DNA of 64,000 nucleotides, taken from positions 51,216-115,215 of the forward strand of contig CAWASW010000003.1 of assembly GCA_963784785.1 (NCBI GenBank), in the 5' to 3' direction. A program made the position numbers and the translations under genes. Numbering within the stretch: position 1 is the stretch's first letter; the number at the start of each line of letters is the position of its first letter. Shown here piece after piece: positions 48,863 through 58,284 of this stretch. The notes beneath the pieces are model-generated. The model had not been told where the DNA came from. It saw nothing but the letters and a program-made list of their open reading frames with translations, and made no database searches. Source of the DNA: Candidatus Woesebacteria bacterium. GTDB taxonomy: Bacteria; Patescibacteriota; Microgenomatia; UBA8517.

Positions 48863-49410
48863 TTATTCAACACTTGTAATGTCCAGATTAACTGATCCTC
48901 CCTTGGATAGATCTACGATTGAAGTTATTTTAGCCTTTTGAAAATCCCTAGTTTGAATGCCCTCAGCTGTTTTAATCCAAGCTTCACCAAGATTCATATT
49001 AGTTAAAGAAGTGGATATTATTTTTACCCCTTCGATTTTTCCGTTCATAGGAATAACTAAATCTAAATTACCTGATCCGATTGCTAGATTAAATTTGCTT
49101 GAAACATCCTGTGGTAATACTAGCCTAACATTTGAAGCGCCTGAGCTGAGAGACAACTCTTGGACATTTGTCATTTTAAGGTCTAAATCTAAGTTACCAG
49201 CACCTAAAACTAACGACACTTCTGAAAGTTTCGTATTTTTTGGAAGGTCTACGTTTCCGTTTACCTTAGATGTAGTTAGATTGAACTCATTTGAGTTTTG
49301 GACAAAACCAACTTTTGAAAAGATTTTGTGGTTAAAATATCCTGAGAGAGTAGAATCGTTTGAATTAGAAGTAAAATTTACGTTACCTGCACCACTATTG
49401 ATTTTAATTT
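48863..49410 (-). pseudogene. C-terminal portion of a secreted beta-helix (DUF4097/adhesin-like) protein gene disrupted by IS200 copy 2. The N-terminal signal-peptide exon lies at 49934-50032.
   Basis: The minus-strand frame stays open upstream of the track ORF all the way into the IS200 left end. 'MKKVFIILGILVLALIIVNGVNIKSNYSYKISD' on the other side of the IS reads straight into the IS. Confidence 0.5.
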
Positions 49411-49933
49411 TTAAATCTTCTGCACATTAATCCCCAGCCTTTAGGCTGGTGGAGCAAGTATAGTTTGTGGCATACTTGAGGGAAATGTTAAAGTACTGGC
49501 ATGGTGCACACACAAAGCACAGAATTATGATTCATTTGGTATTTTTACCAAAATACAGAAAAAGGATATTACGTGGCAAAGTAGCTACAAGACTTAAAGA
49601 CTTATTCTTCAAAGCATGTGAGGTTAACAACTGGTGGATTGAAGAAATTACAATATTGCATGATCATGTACATATGCTTATACAAATCCAACCAAACTTG
49701 TCCATCTCAAAAGTTGTTAACCAACTGAAAGGTGGTTCATCAAGAATCTTAAGGAAAGAATTTCCAGAGTTAGAAGAATTTCTTTGGGGTGACTCATTCT
49801 GGTCTGATGGCTACTTTGCAGAATCAGTGGGTGCAACAAGTTTCATCCAGGTTAAAAAATACATTAAAAATCAAGTGGAAAGTATGCCACAGAAGGGGTA
49901 AAACCATGGCATTTATGCCATGTGTTTTTTATT
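49411..49933 (+). mobile_element. IS200/IS605-family element copy 2
   Basis: Identical to copy 1 over ~523 bp. TnpA is at 49467-49901. Confidence 0.8.
49467..49901 (+). CDS. tnpA: IS200-type transposase TnpA
   Basis: Identical 144-aa product. Confidence 0.9.
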   Translation: MAYLREMLKYWHGAHTKHRIMIHLVFLPKYRKRILRGKVATRLKDLFFKACEVNNWWIEEITILHDHVHMLIQIQPNLSISKVVNQLKGGSSRILRKEFPELEEFLWGDSFWSDGYFAESVGATSFIQVKKYIKNQVESMPQKG

Positions 49934-50091
49934 TGTCTGATATTTTATATGAATAGTTTGATTTTATATTTACACCGTTAACTATAATTAGTGCTAAAAC
50001 CAATATTCCAAGAATAATAAACACCTTTTTCATATAAATATATTAACAACAATTTTAGACTAATAAAATAGACAGATCCTATTTGGTTTAA

Positions 50092-50110
50092 TTGCTCCTC
50101 GGGCACGATT
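50092..50110 (-). repeat. 19-nt duplicate of the tRNA-Asn 3' end (gaatcgtgcccgaggagca), direct repeat with 50478-50496
   Basis: Exact 19-mer match, same orientation, bracketing the GIY-YIG gene. Confidence 0.7.
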
Positions 50111-50123
50111 CCCTTCGGTAGAC

Positions 50124-50437
50124 TCAGGGTGAACTCACAACGTTCTTACTTGCCACGAGTGCTTCAGCGAACTCAGTGCAAGTATTGGTTCCCAATTTAC
50201 CGTTTATCAACATTTGCTTCTTTGCTCTGGACCAACCCTTAATTTGTCTTTCTCTTTTTGCCGCAAGATATTTACCTAGACATTTTTCAGAGTATATAAG
50301 TTTAAGATCAGAAAATTTTTTGGTAAAAAAGATTTCTTGTCTAGATGAGTTTGAAATCTTTTAACAATGTCGGGCGTTATTCCAACATAAAAAGTTTTCT
50401 GATCGCAAAGTAGCATATAAACATACCACATAGACAT
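50124..50437 (-). pseudogene. GIY-YIG nuclease family (YhbQ/UPF0213-like) gene with one frameshift
   Basis: 'MSMWYVYMLLCDQKTFYVGITPDIVKRFQTH' (GIY...YIG) and, in the next frame, 'GKYLAAKRERQIKGWSRAKKQMLI' (the conserved C-terminal motif). Confidence 0.55.
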
Positions 50438-50476
50438 TGGTTTTTGACAAGTCAGATTGCACTGAGCTTGCCGAAG

Positions 50477-50761
50477 TGCTCCTCGGGCACGATTCGAACG
50501 TGCAACCTTGATCTTACAATTCCCCTCTTGTTACCAAAAGGATTGGACTATCTCATCATCAAAAAATTGATGTCAGGTATATAGTCTCTACACATTTATC
50601 ATTCGACTTCGCTCATGACGAGTTGGTCAAACAAATTTAGCTCGGGATTGACCAAAAATTAATTTGGCGTTCCCCGAATTAGCCTGATTTTTCTTTCCCA
50701 CTTCACAATGAGATGCTGCCATCTAAAACAGGATCCTGCTCTGCCGTTGAGCTACCGAGGA
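50477..50761 (-). tRNA. tRNA-Asn(GUU) split by a ~211-nt intervening sequence in the anticodon loop (5' exon 50728-50761, 3' exon 50477-50516)
   Basis: Exons read UCCUCGG-UA-GCUC-AACGGCA-GAGC-A-GGAUC-CUGU|UAA-GAUCA-AGGUU-GCACG-UUCGAAU-CGUGC-CCGAGGA-G. The anticodon loop CUGUUAA is identical to bacterial tRNA-Asn and the T-loop is canonical. Confidence 0.6.
50517..50727 (-). ncRNA. Putative group I intron inside tRNA-Asn
   Basis: Follows an exon U, with an internal GCAG that can pair with exon CUGU (U·G at the splice site). Ends in G. Contains GGGAAAG (P-like), AAUCAGGC (Q-like), AGAGACUAUA (R-like) and GAUAGUCC (S-like) giving a GACUA/UAGUC P7. Confidence 0.5.
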
Positions 50762-50795
50762 TTATAATTAAAAAGAGCAAGGCTATTATACCATT

Positions 50796-51318
50796 TTAAA
50801 TCTTCTGCACATTAATCCCCAGCCTTTAGGCTGGTGGAGCAAGTATAGTTTGTGGCATACTTGAGGGAAATGTTAAAGTACTGGCATGGTGCACACACAA
50901 AGCACAGAATTATGATTCATTTGGTATTTTTACCAAAATACAGAAAAAGGATATTACGTGGCAAAGTAGCTACAAGACTTAAAGACTTATTCTTCAAAGC
51001 ATGTGAGGTTAACAACTGGTGGATTGAAGAAATTACAATATTGCATGATCATGTACATATGCTTATACAAATCCAACCAAACTTGTCCATCTCAAAAGTT
51101 GTTAACCAACTGAAAGGTGGTTCATCAAGAATCTTAAGGAAAGAATTTCCAGAGTTAGAAGAATTTCTTTGGGGTGACTCATTCTGGTCTGATGGCTACT
51201 TTGCAGAATCAGTGGGTGCAACAAGTTTCATCCAGGTTAAAAAATACATTAAAAATCAAGTGGAAAGTATGCCACAGAAGGGGTAAAACCATGGCATTTA
51301 TGCCATGTGTTTTTTATT
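50796..51318 (+). mobile_element. IS200/IS605-family element copy 3
   Basis: Identical to copies 1 and 2. TnpA is at 50852-51286. It lies 34 bp from the tRNA 5' end and ~25 bp from the IS481-like right IR. Confidence 0.8.
50852..51286 (+). CDS. tnpA: IS200-type transposase TnpA
   Basis: Identical 144-aa product. Confidence 0.9.
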   Translation: MAYLREMLKYWHGAHTKHRIMIHLVFLPKYRKRILRGKVATRLKDLFFKACEVNNWWIEEITILHDHVHMLIQIQPNLSISKVVNQLKGGSSRILRKEFPELEEFLWGDSFWSDGYFAESVGATSFIQVKKYIKNQVESMPQKG

Positions 51319-52398
51319 TAGCATTTTTAAATGCTGTGTATAAGTCAAGGACATTTGCGACATTCCACCTTCATCCATAAAGTACTGAAGTGGTGATTTG
51401 TTTTTAAGTGAGTGATGGGGTCTTTGGGAATTATAATAGATACTAATTTCTGTTAGCTTTTCTCCAAAGACCCCTTTGTTGTGGATGAGGTATAGATATG
51501 GATCAATAATGTCATCTTGTAATGTTCTGTTGTATCTTTCAATGAAGCCATCTACTTTTGGACAATGTGGGTAGATAAAATAATGTGGTATTTGATCTTG
51601 TTTTAACTTTTGATCAAATAAACCTAAATTTTCTTTTCCATTGTCAGATTGCCATGTTTTGATAATTCCAGGATAGACAGATTTGAAGTGATTGTAAAAA
51701 TCTGTCATGTTTTCTGAGTTTTGGTGCTTGTACATTAAGGTCATGCAGAATTTAGATTTAACATCAATTGCTGAGATAAAATAGTCTTTGACACCATCTG
51801 TGATCCTTTCTACAGTATCTGAAATTATATAACCAAAATATGTAGGTTTTGGAGAATACTTAACTCTCAATCTCTTTGTTTTAATTCTGTCCTTTTGTGC
51901 CCACTTTGAACTTGGATCATGATATATTTTTCTTGCAGTTTGATGGAAATAATTATTTCTTTTGATAATATTTCCAATTGTAGATTCTGAAACTGACTTA
52001 ACTCCATTTTCTTTGCAGTAAAAATCAAGGAACACTTTAATCTTTTCCTTTCCGATCCTAAAGTGAGCTTCTCTTTGAGATTTGATAAACTCCACAATTT
52101 TAAGCCTAGTTTGAGGTGTCCTAACATTAATAGGTCTTGTGGAGTTTGGAGCAAGAGAAGCTAAACTACCTTTTGAAACTTTTAACCTTTGTTTCCACCT
52201 TGAAATAACTTTCCTGTCTGCGCTAAAAGCTTCAATACATGCTTGTTCACCATGAACATCATAGAAATTAATTATTTTTAATCTTTGTTTTGCAACTTCA
52301 TCAATATCAAACCTTCTTAAAGATTCAATCATTTTAATCAACTTCTTTGAGCCTTTGATTCTACCAAGTTTGAAGCGTGCCTGAGAGTAGAAGTTCAT
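51298..52398 (-). CDS. DDE (rve) integrase-type transposase with an N-terminal HTH. Its last ~7 codons and stop run past the right IR into the IS200 right end, so its 3' end has been altered.
   Basis: 'ISDTV', 'WQSDNGKEN' and 'VDGFIERYNRTLQ' DDE signature, and 'YNSQRPHHSL'. Confidence 0.75.
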   Translation of the reverse strand: MNFYSQARFKLGRIKGSKKLIKMIESLRRFDIDEVAKQRLKIINFYDVHGEQACIEAFSADRKVISRWKQRLKVSKGSLASLAPNSTRPINVRTPQTRLKIVEFIKSQREAHFRIGKEKIKVFLDFYCKENGVKSVSESTIGNIIKRNNYFHQTARKIYHDPSSKWAQKDRIKTKRLRVKYSPKPTYFGYIISDTVERITDGVKDYFISAIDVKSKFCMTLMYKHQNSENMTDFYNHFKSVYPGIIKTWQSDNGKENLGLFDQKLKQDQIPHYFIYPHCPKVDGFIERYNRTLQDDIIDPYLYLIHNKGVFGEKLTEISIYYNSQRPHHSLKNKSPLQYFMDEGGMSQMSLTYTQHLKMLNKKHMA

Positions 52399-52445
52399 AT
52401 AAACATGCGTTTGTTAATGTCGCATATGTATCTTAACTTGTTCAT
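51340..52445 (-). mobile_element. IS481-family-like insertion sequence (single rve-integrase transposase), ~1.1 kb, with imperfect ~19-bp terminal IRs (AATGTCGCAnATGTnnCTT)
   Basis: Inverted repeats at 51341-51359 and 52421-52440. Transposase ORF at 51298-52398. Confidence 0.55.
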
Positions 52446-52481
52446 GCTGAATCTAGCCTAGATGTTATATAATACACTTAT

Positions 52482-53030
52482 ATGAAAAATGTTGATGAAG
52501 CTAGTAAAGAACAGGCTAAAAAACTTTTTGGGAGTGAGGAAATTACAAATTTTGAAATAGGAACAACTTGCGGGCTTCAAGAAATTCACAAATATCTTTT
52601 TGATGGGTTGTACGATTTTGCAGGGGAAATACGTACTAAAAATATCAGTAAGGGAAATTTTCGTTTTGCTAATACCCTTTATTTGTCAGAAGTTTTAACA
52701 AAAATCGAAAAAATGCCTGAGGCTACTTTCGAACAAATTGTAGAAAAGTACTCAGAAATGAATATTGCCCATCCTTTTATGGAAGGTAACGGGCGTAGCA
52801 TGCGAATTTGGCTGGATTTAATCTTGAAAAAACAATTGAATAAATGTATCGATTGGCAAAAAATTGATAAAAACGAATACTTAAGCGCAATGATACGAAG
52901 CCATGTAAATAACTTAGAATTACAAGAGCTTCTTCGCACAGCACTCACTGAAAAAGTTGATGACCGTGAAGTTTTTATGAAAGGTATTGAACAGTCGTAC
53001 TATTACGAGGAACCTGATCTAACAAGATGA
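52482..53030 (+). CDS. fic: Fic/Doc-family protein (AMPylase-type)
   Basis: '[14 protein letters not shown]' is the canonical Fic motif HxFx(D/E)GNGRxxR. Confidence 0.8.
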   Translation: MKNVDEASKEQAKKLFGSEEITNFEIGTTCGLQEIHKYLFDGLYDFAGEIRTKNISKGNFRFANTLYLSEVLTKIEKMPEATFEQIVEKYSEMNIAHPFMEGNGRSMRIWLDLILKKQLNKCIDWQKIDKNEYLSAMIRSHVNNLELQELLRTALTEKVDDREVFMKGIEQSYYYEEPDLTR

Positions 53031-54796
53031 AAAATATCTTTAAGATCTTCAAAATTAGTAAACCACAACACAAGTGGATATTGTTTGCTTGTATTTTAAT
53101 TACTATTCAAGCAGTTTTGCAGCAGGCTTCACCTGTTACTTTGAAATTTGTCATCGACCAATTATCAGCTCAAATTGCCACAAAATCTGGTAATTATCAG
53201 ACAGTTACTTCACTTTTTGCTTTGATTTTAGTTATCAACTTATCAGTTGCTATTTTAAACTCTGTTAATCAAAGAATTGGAGATTTTATAGCCTCTCGTC
53301 TTGGTCGTTTCTTGACAGAAATATTTTATAAAAAAATATTTACTCTTCCTCAAAGTTACTTTGATGGAGAAATTTCAGGAAAAATAGTAAATCAATTAAA
53401 TAGGGGAATAAACTCAATTCGAGATTTTATAAATAGTGCTACTAACTTTATAATTCCTGCACTTTTACAAACGATTTTTGGAGTTGCAGTCCTTTCATAT
53501 TTTGATCCAACCATAGGGCTTTTGGCTCTGTCTGTTTTTCCTGTTTATATTTTTATTACGGCTTATTCAACTAAGAGGTGGGGAAAGATACAAGTGGAGA
53601 AAAATGTATACGAAGATGGAGTAAGAGGCCGAATTCAAGAGGTTATAAATAACATTAGATTAGTTAAAACTTATAACACTCAAAAGCATGAATGGGAATA
53701 TGTATCTACAAACTTTGGAACAATTAATAAGCTATATGATAAACAATCAAATGGTTATCATATCCTAAATTTTGTTCGGGAATTTGGATTAGAAGTTGTC
53801 CTTGTTGTAATTCTTTACCTCATTTTTAACAGAACTTTCTATGGCAATTTAACGTTAGGAGAAATGATACTTATTATTCAGCTATTAAATCAGCTAAGGT
53901 GGCCTTTATTTGCCATGAGTTTTATATTAGAACAAGTTCAAAGGGCAGAAGCGGACAGCAAAACATTTTTTGAACTTTTAAGTCTTGAATCAACTGAAAA
54001 GTATGAGGATTCTAAGCTTTCTGCATTGTCTAAAAAACCTGAAGTGGCATTTAAAAATGTAAGCTTCTCGTATCAAGATGGCGGAGAAGTGCTTCGTAAT
54101 TTAAACATTAAATTTAAATCTAATGAAACTGTAGCCCTTGTTGGTCACTCTGGTGCAGGAAAAACAACTCTCATTAATTTAATTCTAAAACTATATGAAC
54201 CAGCAAAGGGAGATTTATTACTTTCTGGAAAGAAATACTCAACATACTCACATGCGTGGATTAGAAGTCATATGGCTTTGGTTTTCCAAGATACTGAACT
54301 ATTTTCATCAAATATCAGAGAAAATGTAGCATATGGTTTAGAAAATAAGTCAGATGCTGAAATAAATTCAGCACTAAGGCAGGCGAACGCTTGGGACTTT
54401 GTAGAGAAATTTAAAAACGGTTTAGATGAACAGATTGGAGAAAGGGGTGTAAAGCTCTCTGGAGGTCAAAAGCAACGTATTCAGATAGCACGTGCCATAT
54501 TGCAAGATAAACCAATCTTAATTCTTGATGAGGCAACCTCAAGCCTTGACTCTAAATCTGAAAGTCTCGTACAAGAAGCGCTAGAAAAATTATTTAAAAA
54601 CAGATTAACAATAATTATCGCTCATAGATTTTCAACTATTCAGAATGCAGATAGAATAATAGTTTTGGATAACGGAACAATCGTAGGGGATGATACTCCT
54701 CAGAAACTAGCAAAGAAAAAAGGTCTGTACCAAGAGCTATTGCAGTATCAAATTGCAGGAAACAAAAAATTATTAAGCAAATATGAGTTGAGGTAG
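53027..54796 (+). CDS. ABC exporter, fused permease + ATPase (MsbA/lipid-A-exporter type)
   Basis: 6 TM plus Walker A '[10 protein letters not shown]', signature '[14 protein letters not shown]' and Walker B 'ILILDEATS'. Confidence 0.85.
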   Translation: MKNIFKIFKISKPQHKWILFACILITIQAVLQQASPVTLKFVIDQLSAQIATKSGNYQTVTSLFALILVINLSVAILNSVNQRIGDFIASRLGRFLTEIFYKKIFTLPQSYFDGEISGKIVNQLNRGINSIRDFINSATNFIIPALLQTIFGVAVLSYFDPTIGLLALSVFPVYIFITAYSTKRWGKIQVEKNVYEDGVRGRIQEVINNIRLVKTYNTQKHEWEYVSTNFGTINKLYDKQSNGYHILNFVREFGLEVVLVVILYLIFNRTFYGNLTLGEMILIIQLLNQLRWPLFAMSFILEQVQRAEADSKTFFELLSLESTEKYEDSKLSALSKKPEVAFKNVSFSYQDGGEVLRNLNIKFKSNETVALVGHSGAGKTTLINLILKLYEPAKGDLLLSGKKYSTYSHAWIRSHMALVFQDTELFSSNIRENVAYGLENKSDAEINSALRQANAWDFVEKFKNGLDEQIGERGVKLSGGQKQRIQIARAILQDKPILILDEATSSLDSKSESLVQEALEKLFKNRLTIIIAHRFSTIQNADRIIVLDNGTIVGDDTPQKLAKKKGLYQELLQYQIAGNKKLLSKYELR

Positions 54797-54809
54797 TATA
54801 ATAACTATT

Positions 54810-56000
54810 ATGGCAGGCAAAACTGATTGGATTAAAACGGAAGTAGACAGTCTAAAAGAACAGGGGTTATTTAACAACATTCTTGTAATTGAAAGTGGAA
54901 TTTCTGGAGAAATAACTCTAAATGGAAAAAAAGTTTTAAATTTTTGCTCCAATAACTATTTAGGTTTGGCAAATGACAAAAGACAAGGAGATGCTGCAAT
55001 TTCTGCAATTAATGAATTTGGAATTGGACCTGCGGCAGTTAGAAGTATTGCAGGCACGACATCACTGCATAAAAAATTGGAAGAAAAATTAGCCACTTTC
55101 AAAAAAGTTGAAGCAGTTATCACTTTCCAAGGAGGATTCATTGCAAACCTTGCCACAATTCCAGCCCTAGTTGGTGAAGGGGATTTTATTTTTTCAGACG
55201 AACTTAATCATGCCTCAATTATTGATGGCTGTAAATTAACCAAAGCAGAAGTTGTTAGATATAAGCATGCAGATGTAGCAGATCTTGAAGAAAAACTATC
55301 CGCCCAAGGTGGACCTGCCTCTGGCAGGAAACTTGTAATTACTGACGGAGTTTTTTCAATGGATGGAGATATTGCTCCACTCGACAAAATATATGAAGTA
55401 ACTTCAAAATTTGAAAATACTCTTCTAATGGTTGACGACGCTCATGGTGAAGGTGTTTTAGGAGAGAGTGGACGGGGAATAGTTGACCATTTTGGACTAC
55501 ATGGAAAAGTAGACATTGAGGTAGGAACAATGAGCAAAGCCTTTGGAGTAGTAGGTGGAATGGTTGCGGGGAAGAAAGAAATAATTGAATGGCTAAGTCA
55601 AAGAGCAAGGCCTTTCTTATTTTCCTCCGCTATGACAATTCCTGATGTTGCAGCTTGCATAAAATCTGTTGAGATCCTTTCTGAATCAGGAGAAGTTGTT
55701 AAAAAACTTTGGAGTAATGCAGAATTCTTAAAAGATGGCTTAAAGAAATTAGGCTTTGATACAGGAAACAGTCAAACCCCTATAATTCCTGTCATGTTAG
55801 GTGAAGAAAAACTTGCTCAGGAATTTAGTAAGAAACTTCTTGAGAATGATTTATTTGCTAAGGCAATTGTCTATCCAACTGTAGCAAAGGGAAGAGCAAG
55901 AGTAAGAGTAATGAATTCAGCAGCTCACACAAAAGAAAATTTAGAAAGTGCGCTTTTGATTTTTGAAAAAGTAGGAAAAGAATTAAAAGTTATTTCATAA
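54810..56000 (+). CDS. Alpha-oxoamine synthase family PLP enzyme (glycine C-acetyltransferase Kbl / BioF / serine-palmitoyltransferase-like)
   Basis: '[13 protein letters not shown]', PLP-lysine region 'GTMSKAFG', and a Kbl-like C-terminus. Confidence 0.75.
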   Translation: MAGKTDWIKTEVDSLKEQGLFNNILVIESGISGEITLNGKKVLNFCSNNYLGLANDKRQGDAAISAINEFGIGPAAVRSIAGTTSLHKKLEEKLATFKKVEAVITFQGGFIANLATIPALVGEGDFIFSDELNHASIIDGCKLTKAEVVRYKHADVADLEEKLSAQGGPASGRKLVITDGVFSMDGDIAPLDKIYEVTSKFENTLLMVDDAHGEGVLGESGRGIVDHFGLHGKVDIEVGTMSKAFGVVGGMVAGKKEIIEWLSQRARPFLFSSAMTIPDVAACIKSVEILSESGEVVKKLWSNAEFLKDGLKKLGFDTGNSQTPIIPVMLGEEKLAQEFSKKLLENDLFAKAIVYPTVAKGRARVRVMNSAAHTKENLESALLIFEKVGKELKVIS

Positions 56001-56470
56001 ATTAAAAATCCAAGTGGTACAAAAAATAAAGTACTTGTAAGGCTATACTTCAGAAAGGGTAGACCATTAAAAAATGAGCTAATAAGTCCTAATAGTGTTT
56101 TGGGATACATTCCCCAAGAATCAAGAGCCCAGACTCCAAAGTTAGTCCAAAAAAAGAAGAATAAATTAGATGAAATTCCTGCCAATGTTCCTGATAATAT
56201 TTTATTCACCTTTAAGTTTTTAAACATATTTATGGCTAAAATTGGGAGAATAAATCCACTCCATGTAAATAAAAATATATTGGAGTTACCAATGAATAAA
56301 TCTGATAAGACTAATGTTCCGAGAGTTAACAACAAAGCAAGTTTTTTATCAAAATAAAAAGCAGAAAGAATAGAAGCTAAAGTAATAAGTTCGATGTTAG
56401 GACCTAAATCAAACCAAACTCTTTCAATTAACGCAAGTAAAAATATCACACAGACGAATATCTTTTTCAT
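55925..56470 (-). CDS. Polytopic small membrane protein, possibly an ECF-transporter S-component-like protein. Has a 76-bp convergent overlap with the upstream AOS gene.
   Basis: About 6 TMs. Adjacent to a DUF4430-like lipoprotein gene. Confidence 0.4.
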   Translation of the reverse strand: MKKIFVCVIFLLALIERVWFDLGPNIELITLASILSAFYFDKKLALLLTLGTLVLSDLFIGNSNIFLFTWSGFILPILAINMFKNLKVNKILSGTLAGISSNLFFFFWTNFGVWALDSWGMYPKTLLGLISSFFNGLPFLKYSLTSTLFFVPLGFLIYEITFNSFPTFSKIKSALSKFSFV

Positions 56471-56892
56471 AATTTTGGTGCTTCGAATTTCCAAAGAATT
56501 TTATCATTGTTTTTAACAAAGTTTTTGTCTGCTGCGATTTGACCTGATTCTCCATTAACGTAATAAATCCAAGATTTCTTAGCAGTGCTTTCAAAAGTAC
56601 CAATTTTTTTAACAAATACTCCAAAATCATATTGCTTTGTTTCTAAATTTATTTTCTCTTTTTCTGTTGTGTTCTTTAATATTGAATAAGCTGTATCTTC
56701 TGCTTTTATTATTAAATCGTAGTTTTTTATATCTTGGTTTCCAAAATCTATACTTAGGCTAACCCTTTGTTCGTATCCGGTATTTTGTGCCGGGGTAGGG
56801 ATGTTATTGAAATTATATTTTTTGAATAAAAAAGATCCGATAGCTAAAGTTAAGATCAATATAGGAAATAAATACTTTTTCATAGTTTTCAT
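56467..56892 (-). CDS. DUF4430-like secreted/lipoprotein
   Basis: 'SWIYYVNGESGQIAADKNFVKNNDKILWKF' matches the DUF4430 'WxYxVNG...GD.I.W.Y' pattern. Confidence 0.5.
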   Translation of the reverse strand: MKTMKKYLFPILILTLAIGSFLFKKYNFNNIPTPAQNTGYEQRVSLSIDFGNQDIKNYDLIIKAEDTAYSILKNTTEKEKINLETKQYDFGVFVKKIGTFESTAKKSWIYYVNGESGQIAADKNFVKNNDKILWKFEAPKL

Positions 56893-56921
56893 ATTTAAAT
56901 CTATGATATCATTTTTGTAAA

Positions 56922-57446
56922 GTGGGAATAACAAATAAATTACAGAACAAAGCAGATTATGTAAGAGATATAGTTCTCTCTGCTAATGATGGTGTGGTTA
57001 CAACCTTTGCGGTAGTTGCAGGATCTCTTGGGGCTTCACTTCCTCCATCAGTTGTCATAGTCTTGGGTCTTGCCAATTTATTTGCTGATGGATTATCGAT
57101 TTCGACCAGTGCTTATTTAGGTGTTAAGTCAGAGATTGAGTATGAACAAAGTTCTGGACAGAAGATAAAAATTGGTAGCAGGCCATTTAAAAATGGATTT
57201 ATTTCCTTTGTTTCTTTTGGAATAGCAGGTTTTATTCCTCTTGCCTCGTATCTGTTCAAAATGAAAAATAGCTTTGAAGTGTCAATGATACTAGTTGCTG
57301 TATCATTGTTGATAGTCGGGATTTTTAGAGGAGTGATATCAAATAAGCATATAGCCAGAACTGCTGTGGAAAATTTATTTATTGGAGGCGCTTCTGCAGT
57401 AGTTGCATTTGTAGTTGGAGAATTGGCTAAAAAATACCTCATCTAA
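56922..57446 (+). CDS. VIT1/CCC1-family (iron/manganese transporter-like) membrane protein
   Basis: '[20 protein letters not shown]' VIT-family motif. Confidence 0.6.
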   Translation: MGITNKLQNKADYVRDIVLSANDGVVTTFAVVAGSLGASLPPSVVIVLGLANLFADGLSISTSAYLGVKSEIEYEQSSGQKIKIGSRPFKNGFISFVSFGIAGFIPLASYLFKMKNSFEVSMILVAVSLLIVGIFRGVISNKHIARTAVENLFIGGASAVVAFVVGELAKKYLI

Positions 57447-57529
57447 CCCTTGCGTTAATAGTGCGTTAAATCTGCGGAGATTACTAATCTTTTAACTAGC
57501 TTCAGATAAGTATGTGATATTATTAAATA

Positions 57530-58039
57530 ATGCAGAAATTTATATTATTTTTTATACTCTCCCTTCTTTTTGTTGCATTTGGTGCTTTTTTGTTTAATTC
57601 ATACGTATTACAAAATAACTATTTTAAAACAAAAACTGTCGCGGTCGAAAATCAAACAATTCCTACAGAATTACCAAAAAATCCATCGTCAACATATAAA
57701 AATTATGTAAAAGAGGACTATGATAAAGCAGTCTTAGAAAACAGGGTGGTTTTTCTATTTTTTACCTCAAATTGGTGCTCTAATTGTTTATCTCAAGAAG
57801 AAATTAACAAATCACTTTTCAACGAAATGCAGATTCAAGCTATTGTGGGACTGAACATTCATATATTAGATTCAGAGACAACTAGCGAAACGGATGCTTT
57901 AGCTAAGAAATTTGATATAACTAAGGAAAATACTTATGTTATTTTAAATAAAAAAGGGGCAGTTAATTTTAAATATACTGGAGAGATTACAAAAGAACTA
58001 TTGATTGAAAAAATAATGAAAGCAGGTGAATCAAATTGA
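57530..58039 (+). CDS. Membrane-anchored thioredoxin-fold protein (CxxC 'WCSNC')
   Basis: 'VVFLFFTSNWCSNCL'. Confidence 0.55.
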   Translation: MQKFILFFILSLLFVAFGAFLFNSYVLQNNYFKTKTVAVENQTIPTELPKNPSSTYKNYVKEDYDKAVLENRVVFLFFTSNWCSNCLSQEEINKSLFNEMQIQAIVGLNIHILDSETTSETDALAKKFDITKENTYVILNKKGAVNFKYTGEITKELLIEKIMKAGESN

Positions 58040-58284
58040 ATTTTACTATATATTCCACAACTTCATGCCCTTACTGTAAGATGTTAAAGGACTATTTGAC
58101 ATCCAAACAAGTTGCTTATGTAGAAAAACTTGTAGATCAAGATGAAGCGTCAAAAAATGAATTAGAAAATATTTCAGGAGGTTTTTTAGGTGTTCCATTT
58201 TCAGTCATAACCAAAGATAATGGAGAAGTTGTTACAGTTGTAGGCTTTGACAAAGGAAAACTAGATGATATTTTTAAACTTTAA
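58036..58284 (+). CDS. Glutaredoxin/NrdH-like redoxin
   Basis: 'IYSTTSCPYCKMLKDYL' (CPYC). Confidence 0.7.
   Translation: MNFTIYSTTSCPYCKMLKDYLTSKQVAYVEKLVDQDEASKNELENISGGFLGVPFSVITKDNGEVVTVVGFDKGKLDDIFKL

Noticed and set aside
50085-50180. Second complete tRNA gene
   Set aside because: Only the last 19 nt of the tRNA are duplicated ('gaatcgtgcccgaggagca'). The upstream sequence has no T-stem or D-arm, so it is an att-like fragment and not a gene.
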